Source: Verrucomicrobiota bacterium (GTDB lineage: Bacteria; Verrucomicrobiota; Verrucomicrobiia; Limisphaerales; UBA11358). From it: DNA of 64,000 bases. Under the pieces are notes generated by a model. The model saw nothing but the letters and a program-made list of their open reading frames with translations. It was not told where the DNA came from and did not search any database. This document shows, piece by piece, positions 57,939-64,000 of the stretch. Within the stretch, counting starts at the first letter, position 1. Every line of letters begins with the position of its first letter. The stretch lies in contig JBEKZM010000002.1 of assembly GCA_049509875.1 (NCBI GenBank), positions 115,727-179,726 on the forward strand, given 5' to 3'. Both the position numbers and the translations under genes were made by a program.

Positions 57939-59689
57939 TGGCCGCCTCCTTTGGAAGCAGCGACCAGATACAGGTGAGCCGCCAGCAGCCCCAGCGCGAA
58001 CAATCCAATAACCCACACCGCCGAGGTCTCTTCCAACCTTTGCTCCGTATCTTCGCTCCATTTGCCCCATTGGCCGCCGGCGCAGACAGACAAATCGGAT
58101 TTGTCGGCGGCCAGCAGGTTGACCGCGAATTGATTGGTCGTGGCCCCGGCCGTCACCGAATAAATCCCCGGCATGGGCGTTTCCAACGCCAGTTCGCCGC
58201 CGGTCTTCGTGAAAGCGGTCTTGCCCCCGTCCGGCTGCGTGACCGTGACCGTCTCGCCGCCCGTTTTCAATATCACCTCCGTGCCCAGCCGCGCATTGCT
58301 TTCCCTGAGGCCGGGCATTTCGGAAATGCGCCAGGACAGAATGTTCCAGAACAACACGGGCCAGTCCGGCGTGTTCTGCACGGTGGAAAGCCCGGGATTG
58401 AAATTCAAGCTGAGATGGCGTCGCCCCGCCACATCTTCGCGGACGGACAACAGCGGCACGTTTCCGGCCAGAATCACCGGCGCTTCACCTGGCCCATTGG
58501 TCAAGGCGGCACCCGCCCAGATGACGCCCTCCAGCGCGATGCCGTCAGCCAGCGGGTGCGCCTCATCCACCACGAAGGGCCCAGTGTAGGCATTGGTGGC
58601 GCCCGCCAGGCGCCAGCACAGGCTCCAGGAGTTGCTGTTCACCACTGTGTCCGTCTCGCGGATGACCAGCTCGGGATCATCCGAAATCGCGGCCCGCAGG
58701 CCGGTCGCGGCGAGGGTGCGATTGACCAGCGCGGCGGCGCGCTCGTCGGCCAGCGCGACCGCCACCCGCACGCGCTTGCGGATGGGCGGCAGCAGTTGAA
58801 TCGCGTTATCCTCCACCAGCGCATCCGGCTCCAGGCTGGCCTGGAGCGCGGGCGTCGAGGACGCAATGTTGAAGACCACGCGCTGGCTTTCATGCGCGCC
58901 CAGCGACAGCAGCGAGACTTGCGCGGCATTCGTCCCTGCCTGCACCGCCAGCCGGGCGGGACGCGCGTCGCCGGAAAAATTCACGACCTCGATCAGGCAC
59001 CGGTCCTGGTCGCCATAAACCGTGCGGGACGCGTTCACAATGGCCACATTATCGAGCGGCGCGCCGAACGCATGCCACTCCAGCCGCGGGTTTGAGATTT
59101 TTTCCTCCGGCGGCCGGCGGTCGGTGAGCACCAGAATGTTGGCCTGCTGCCTGCCCAGTTCCGCCGCCAGGGTGACGGCGGAATCGATCGCGGAATTGGG
59201 GGACCAGCATTTCCACCGCGCGAGCAAGGCGCTCACTTCGCCCCAGTCTTTCGCCGTGGAGCCGAGCAGACGCGGCTCGGCGCCGGCGAGAATCAGGCGG
59301 GTGGAAGGCGGCGGCTGTCGGCGGAAAAGTTTTTCCAGAAAGATCCGGGCGCGGCCTTGGGCGGAAAGATCGCCTTGCACGGCCCGCAGGGAAAACGAAT
59401 CGTCCAGCACCACGATCAGCGGGCGGGCCGACTGCGGCAGTTTCCAATGCGGCCCGGTGGCGGCGACGACGAGCAGCGTAAGGGCCAGCAATTCCAGGAA
59501 GAACAACAGGGGCAACTGGAGCCGATGAATTTTGGCGCCGCCGGATTTGGCTTGCACGTGAAACTGCCAGAGCACGAGGCTCGATACCTGCCGGCGGCGA
59601 AAGCGGTTCCGCAGGATGTAAATCGCCGCCAGCGCCGGCAGCGAAGCCAGCGCCAGCAGGGCGAGCGGATAAGTGAAGAAGGGAATCAT
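57935..59689 (-). CDS. BatA/VWA domain membrane protein
   Basis: N-terminal double-TM BatA pattern (AAIYILR...VSSLVLW), LDDSFSL. Confidence 0.85.
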   Translation of the reverse strand: MIPFFTYPLALLALASLPALAAIYILRNRFRRRQVSSLVLWQFHVQAKSGGAKIHRLQLPLLFFLELLALTLLVVAATGPHWKLPQSARPLIVVLDDSFSLRAVQGDLSAQGRARIFLEKLFRRQPPPSTRLILAGAEPRLLGSTAKDWGEVSALLARWKCWSPNSAIDSAVTLAAELGRQQANILVLTDRRPPEEKISNPRLEWHAFGAPLDNVAIVNASRTVYGDQDRCLIEVVNFSGDARPARLAVQAGTNAAQVSLLSLGAHESQRVVFNIASSTPALQASLEPDALVEDNAIQLLPPIRKRVRVAVALADERAAALVNRTLAATGLRAAISDDPELVIRETDTVVNSNSWSLCWRLAGATNAYTGPFVVDEAHPLADGIALEGVIWAGAALTNGPGEAPVILAGNVPLLSVREDVAGRRHLSLNFNPGLSTVQNTPDWPVLFWNILSWRISEMPGLRESNARLGTEVILKTGGETVTVTQPDGGKTAFTKTGGELALETPMPGIYSVTAGATTNQFAVNLLAADKSDLSVCAGGQWGKWSEDTEQRLEETSAVWVIGLFALGLLAAHLYLVAASKGGGQ

Positions 59690-59812
59690 CGGGACGGGCC
59701 GCGGCGGTTGGTAAAAACAGTTTTACGTCCGGCAGACGCGTGCCTGCTTCCTGTAAACCAAACGCTTGGGGCGCCATGGTGGCTGCGTTGGAGGAAGAAC
59801 GTGGTACGCTTA

Positions 59813-60384
59813 CCCTCACCCCGGCCCTCTCCCTCGGGGAGAGGGGCAAATGCTCCCAGTTTGTTGGGAAATCGAAGACGATCTCGTGCTCGAACGCGTT
59901 CGAGTTTTAACGCCGGCAGCAGCGACTGTTCCCTCTCCCTGACTTCCCTTCCCCACGGGAGCGGGAGAGGGTGGCCGGTAGGCCGGGAGAGGGTTGTGGG
60001 GATGAATGCAAACCCTGCGGGGAGGGTCAGGGTGAGATTTACCCGAAATAAATTGCTCATTGAACCCTTGAACCATCGCAAATCTAGCGCGTCCATATCG
60101 CTAACACGCGGCAACAACGTCTCCCTCTCCCCGGGGGAGAGGGCCGGGGTGAGAGTAAGCGTAAAACTCCCTTTCTCGCTCCTGTCTTTAGCGCTGACCA
60201 ACCAGCGAATTGCGCCTTGGCTGCCCTTGATTGTCTTTCCATCATCTAGGTCGTTCATGGGGAGCCCGATGTTCCTTTCGGACCTGCTCATGACCCCTAA
60301 ACCTGTGCAAATCCAGTGCCGACGTAACGTCAAGCAGCGGGAACAACGTCTCCCTCTCCCCGAGGGAGAGGGCCGGGGTGAGGG
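59813..60384. repeat. Cluster of CCCTCACCCCGGCCCTCTCCC-N-GGGAGAGGG REP-like repeats
   Basis: Copies at 59813-59845, 59931-59993, about 60012-60036, 60123-60155 and 60352-60384, in both orientations. Confidence 0.8.
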
Positions 60385-60416
60385 GAAAGGACGCGTGCTC
60401 ATTTTCAAAGCCCTTT

Positions 60417-61283
60417 TCATGCTGGTACAAGGAGCTGTAATGATTCTAATTCTTTCAGCGAGTTGTCCAAATCCTCGGCAATGATCGTGGTCAGGTGCGC
60501 GCCGCACTGGCGGCAGGCGTCCGCCCAGGATTGCTGCAACTGTGCCAGATTATCCGCGTATTGTTTGGCGACGGCCGAGTCGATGTAGATCTCCGTTTCC
60601 CCGCCGTTCTCGCTGTCCACGACGCGCAGATTGCCGTGTTCGGGCGGCGTGGCGTCGGCGCGCGCCAGCAACTGGACCACAAACAGCGCGGCTGCGCCTT
60701 CGCGCAGCCGGCGCAGCAATTGCACCGGTTCGCCCGGCCAGAGCAGGTCGCTGATGAAGACCCGCACGCCCAGCCGACGGAATTTCGGCGGCAGAATGGC
60801 GATGGATTCCTCGGGCGTGCGCCGACTGGCCAGTTCCAGCTTGTCCCAGGCCGAAGGCGCGAGCGTGTCGTTGGCCACCCGCTGAAAGCCCTCGCCCGAA
60901 AGCCAGACGGCCTGCGTGCATTGGGCATTGGCGGCGGCGGTGGCCAGCAGGGCCGCCAGTTGCGCCACGGCATTGGCCTTGCCGGTCTCCTCCAGGCTCA
61001 TGGACCGCGAACCGTCCAGGACCAGGTCCAGGTGAGGCGTGACTTCTTCCCGAAACAATTTGATGGTCAGCCGGTCGCTCCGCGCGAAAATGCCCCAGTC
61101 GATAAAGCGCAGGTCATCCCCTGCCTGATATTCGCGGTAATCCTGAAAGTCGATGGAAGTGCCCGCGCGCCGCCCCGAGCGCGACCCGGTCCAGCCGCTG
61201 GCGGCCACCTGCGGAATTTGCAGCGCGTAGCGGAGACCCAGCTTTTCGCCAGCGAGGAGGGCCTGTCGGAGCGCGGGGTCCAT
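60417..61283 (-). CDS. DUF58 family protein
   Basis: DFQDYREYQAGDDLRFIDW, LDGSRSM, FISDL. Confidence 0.92.
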   Translation of the reverse strand: MDPALRQALLAGEKLGLRYALQIPQVAASGWTGSRSGRRAGTSIDFQDYREYQAGDDLRFIDWGIFARSDRLTIKLFREEVTPHLDLVLDGSRSMSLEETGKANAVAQLAALLATAAANAQCTQAVWLSGEGFQRVANDTLAPSAWDKLELASRRTPEESIAILPPKFRRLGVRVFISDLLWPGEPVQLLRRLREGAAALFVVQLLARADATPPEHGNLRVVDSENGGETEIYIDSAVAKQYADNLAQLQQSWADACRQCGAHLTTIIAEDLDNSLKELESLQLLVPA

Positions 61284-61383
61284 AAGTTCACTAAAACATT
61301 CAACCTTCAACCGGAACAACGCCAGGATGCCCCCCAACTTCGCCGTTGGGTGTTGAATGTTGGAGGTTGAATGTTTTTGTCAT

Positions 61384-62886
61384 TCAATGATCAGTCCCTG
61401 CCACGGGCTGCTCCGGCGGCCGGAAGTTCCTTATCTGCCGCAAAAACCAGGTCGCGTTCAAACCCAGGACCACGATCAACCAGGCGCAGGCGAAGTATTC
61501 GTGCCAGGCGAGTTGCGAGCGGTCCCGGTTGTAAAACACGTTGAACACGTTCCCTAATTGCAAACCCTCGACGGATTTCCAGGAAAGCCGGTTCGCGAAG
61601 AACAGAAAGATGGCCGGCGCCAGCGCCCAACCGCCGGCCAGCAGCAGGGCAATGAGCCCCGTAAGCTTGGGCGGACGGTGCGGGAGAAATTTGCGCTGGA
61701 TAAGCAGCGCCGTCAGCGCATAGGCAAACGCATACACCCCCAGCGTCAGATAGGACCGCTTTTCGTCGTCGCCCATGGAGCCTCCCGGGAACTCTGACAT
61801 GACGGCCAGCGTTGCCAGGTCGGTCGCCACGAAGATGGCCGCGAGCCACAACAATCCGCCCGCCGCGCCGTTGAAGAAGAAAAAAGCGATCATTCGTTTG
61901 AAGGCCGGGACCGGAATCTTGCGCCGCACCCGCCCGCTGAGCCGGTCGGAATTGCTGATGGTCACCAGCAATGAAAAAACCAGGAGCATCATGGTGGGAG
62001 CGCTCCAGACCAGAATCCGGTCGGCGTTTTTCTCCTGCACCACCCACCACAGGGCCAGCAAGCCGCCCAAGACCCAGAAGCCGGTGAGGTAAAGTCGCAC
62101 CGGCAGCGCCCGGTTCGCCGACAGCGGAGAAATCAGCGCCACCGCGAGGACAAAAAAGAGGCCCGTCACCGCCGCGGCAATGACCACCGCCGTCGCCGTG
62201 CCGATCCAAAAATCGCGCCCGGCCATCATCGCGCCCACGCCCGAGCGCATGAGCTCAACGGTGTACGCCACCAATGGCACGACGATGACCGAGGATTGGA
62301 TAATGCCATAGAGCACGAACAAGAACTTGAAAGGCCGGCTCATCGGCAGGCAGGCCAGGAAGATGGCCACCATGTTCGCCGCGCAAACGATGAGAAACAA
62401 AAAGGCCAGAATGAAAAACACGGTTGGCAAATCGACGCCGCGCAGGAGGTTGGTGAACGCCATGAAGGGCATGCAGGCGCTGAAGAACAGCAGCACGAGG
62501 TACGCGCTGCACAGAAACTTGCCAAAAATGATGCGGGTGGGCGAGAGCGTGCTGACATAGAGCAGGTCCGGGTTGTTTTCCTGCCGCTCGGCGGCCACCC
62601 GCACCCCCGTGTACAGCGGAATGAAAAACACGCTCGCCCCCGCGAGGATCGCCACAAATACCGAAAACATCTGGCCGCCGAGCTGCAGGTTGGCGCCGAT
62701 GTCAAAGCTCTCCGAGATCAGGAAGGCCAGCGATGCCAGGAACAGGACGACCAGGAACAGCATCAGCATGCCCGTCACCGACCAACTGCGCACGCCCTGC
62801 CGCAGTTCCTTGATCACAATGGGATTCACCTCCCATTCCCTCCAGTGGGCGAAATGCGATTTTAATTTATTAACGGCGGCGATCAT
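61384..62886 (-). CDS. ABC transporter permease-like membrane protein
   Basis: NPIVIKELRQ, ERQ...DLL...LSP.RIIFGK, many TM segments. Confidence 0.82.
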   Translation of the reverse strand: MIAAVNKLKSHFAHWREWEVNPIVIKELRQGVRSWSVTGMLMLFLVVLFLASLAFLISESFDIGANLQLGGQMFSVFVAILAGASVFFIPLYTGVRVAAERQENNPDLLYVSTLSPTRIIFGKFLCSAYLVLLFFSACMPFMAFTNLLRGVDLPTVFFILAFLFLIVCAANMVAIFLACLPMSRPFKFLFVLYGIIQSSVIVVPLVAYTVELMRSGVGAMMAGRDFWIGTATAVVIAAAVTGLFFVLAVALISPLSANRALPVRLYLTGFWVLGGLLALWWVVQEKNADRILVWSAPTMMLLVFSLLVTISNSDRLSGRVRRKIPVPAFKRMIAFFFFNGAAGGLLWLAAIFVATDLATLAVMSEFPGGSMGDDEKRSYLTLGVYAFAYALTALLIQRKFLPHRPPKLTGLIALLLAGGWALAPAIFLFFANRLSWKSVEGLQLGNVFNVFYNRDRSQLAWHEYFACAWLIVVLGLNATWFLRQIRNFRPPEQPVAGTDH

Positions 62887-62961
62887 AAAAGCTGGAAAAT
62901 GACGAATGGCGAATGGCGAATTGAAATCCTGTCAGCGGGCCGGCCGGCCATTTGTCATTCG

Positions 62962-63903
62962 TCATTGGACGCCTCCTTTGGTCACGTTCATAAATATGTC
63001 CTCCAGATTCGCCCGGGTCTGGCGAAATTCAATGATTTTGAATCTTTTGGCAATCAGCGAACCCAGGATCTCGCACGCCGCCGCCTCGTCGCCGGTGAGC
63101 TCAAAATGAATTTCGTTGGTTACTTCGCGCGCATTTTCCACAAACGGCGTCTGCAGCAGCTCCTTGAGCAGTTGCGGATTCTGGTGATTGTTGCCCTCCA
63201 GCAGCCGGATGGCCACCGTGCGGCGCGGCGCGCTCTTTTTGAGCACCTCCTCAATCGTCCCCGTCTCCAGAATCTTGCCCCGTTCAATAATGACGACGCC
63301 GTTGCAGATTTCCGTCAACTCGGTAAGGATGTGCGAACTGATGAGGATGGCCTTGCGCCGCTCGGCCAGCAGGATCAGCAGCTCGCGCAACTCCACCCGC
63401 GCGCGCGGGTCCAGCCCGGCGGCGGGCTCGTCCAGCACCAGCACGTCCGGATCGTACACCAGCGCCCGGCCCAGGCTGACCCGCTGCTTCATCCCCTTGG
63501 AGAGCGCCTTGAGATGCTTCTCCCGAATGCCGGCGACATTCGTGAATTCTTCGATGGCCTCGACCGCCTGGGTCCGCTTCCGGCCCTTCAGACCATACGC
63601 CCGGGCAAAAAAATCCAGGTACTCATGCACCGTGATGTCCGCGTGCGCCGGGAGCGTGTCCGGAACGTAACCCACCGCGCGCCGCGCCAGCTCCGGCTCT
63701 TCGCAGACCGAAATGCCGTTAAGCAGGACGTCGCCGGCGGTCGGCTCCTCGATGGTCGAGATGATCCGCATCGTGGTCGTTTTGCCCGCGCCGTTCGGTC
63801 CCACGAAACCGAAGACGTGGCCCGAATCGAAGGAAAACGAAATGTCATCCACGGCAACCGTCTTGCCGAATTCTTTCCGCAGATTTATGACCTGGACTTT
63901 CAT
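62962..63903 (-). CDS. ABC transporter ATP-binding protein
   Basis: GPNGAGKTT, LSKGMKQR, LDEP, SSH. Confidence 0.95.
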   Translation of the reverse strand: MKVQVINLRKEFGKTVAVDDISFSFDSGHVFGFVGPNGAGKTTTMRIISTIEEPTAGDVLLNGISVCEEPELARRAVGYVPDTLPAHADITVHEYLDFFARAYGLKGRKRTQAVEAIEEFTNVAGIREKHLKALSKGMKQRVSLGRALVYDPDVLVLDEPAAGLDPRARVELRELLILLAERRKAILISSHILTELTEICNGVVIIERGKILETGTIEEVLKKSAPRRTVAIRLLEGNNHQNPQLLKELLQTPFVENAREVTNEIHFELTGDEAAACEILGSLIAKRFKIIEFRQTRANLEDIFMNVTKGGVQ

Positions 63904-64000
63904 TTTCCACCTCCTGCCGTCTCGGTAAGATCCAGAATTCCGAACACCACGCAGGTGCTTTTCGTGCGTTTGGCGCTGGCCGCCGAGCCCAGCGCATTTT
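63900..64000 (-). CDS. 3' end of an upstream gene (partial)
   Basis: Open frame ...KSTCVVFGILDLTETAGGGK* with ATGA overlap into the ABC ATPase. Confidence 0.55.
   Translation of the reverse strand, partial: NALGSAASAKRTKSTCVVFGILDLTETAGGGK

Noticed and set aside
59686-60507. 273-aa ORF between DUF58 and BatA genes
   Set aside because: Translation is made of repeat-derived peptides (PSPRPSPSGRG, LTPALSPGERE)

Overview
GC-rich bacterial chromosome segment, most likely Verrucomicrobiota (Pedosphaera/Limisphaera-like). This rests on the PVC-signature small basic protein, the attC style and PVC-type intergenic repeats. Left part (0-27 kb) is housekeeping: prmA, rph, a DHH phosphoesterase, SRP RNA, dnaX-ybaB-recR, hpf divergent from rpoN, and an S10-spc-alpha ribosomal cluster that starts at rplB with its own promoter and leader and lacks rpsJ/rplC/rplD/rplW, rpmD and adk. 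Middle (29-35.5 kb) is a decaying chromosomal integron: truncated intI, attI and about 8 cassettes with two attC families. Right part holds ilvB with a leader-peptide attenuator, an S41 protease, folD, an intact IS1380-family element inserted at the start codon of a kaiC-kaiB-kaiB-PAS kinase operon, a DUF1080/Gfo-Idh-MocA pair and an ABC/DUF58/BatA/VWA cluster carrying REP-like repeats. Most notable unexplained signals: (1) a promoter-plus-terminator unit upstream of SRP RNA that folds as a 65-nt tRNA-like cloverleaf and also reads as a leaderless 21-aa ORF ending RRPP; (2) an identical 20-nt hairpin just before both 5S-binding protein genes rplE and rplR; (3) a structured rplB leader; (4) integron oddities (GTC/GAC core, triplicated attI-proximal repeat). 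All calls were made by eye; no searches or folding programs were run.
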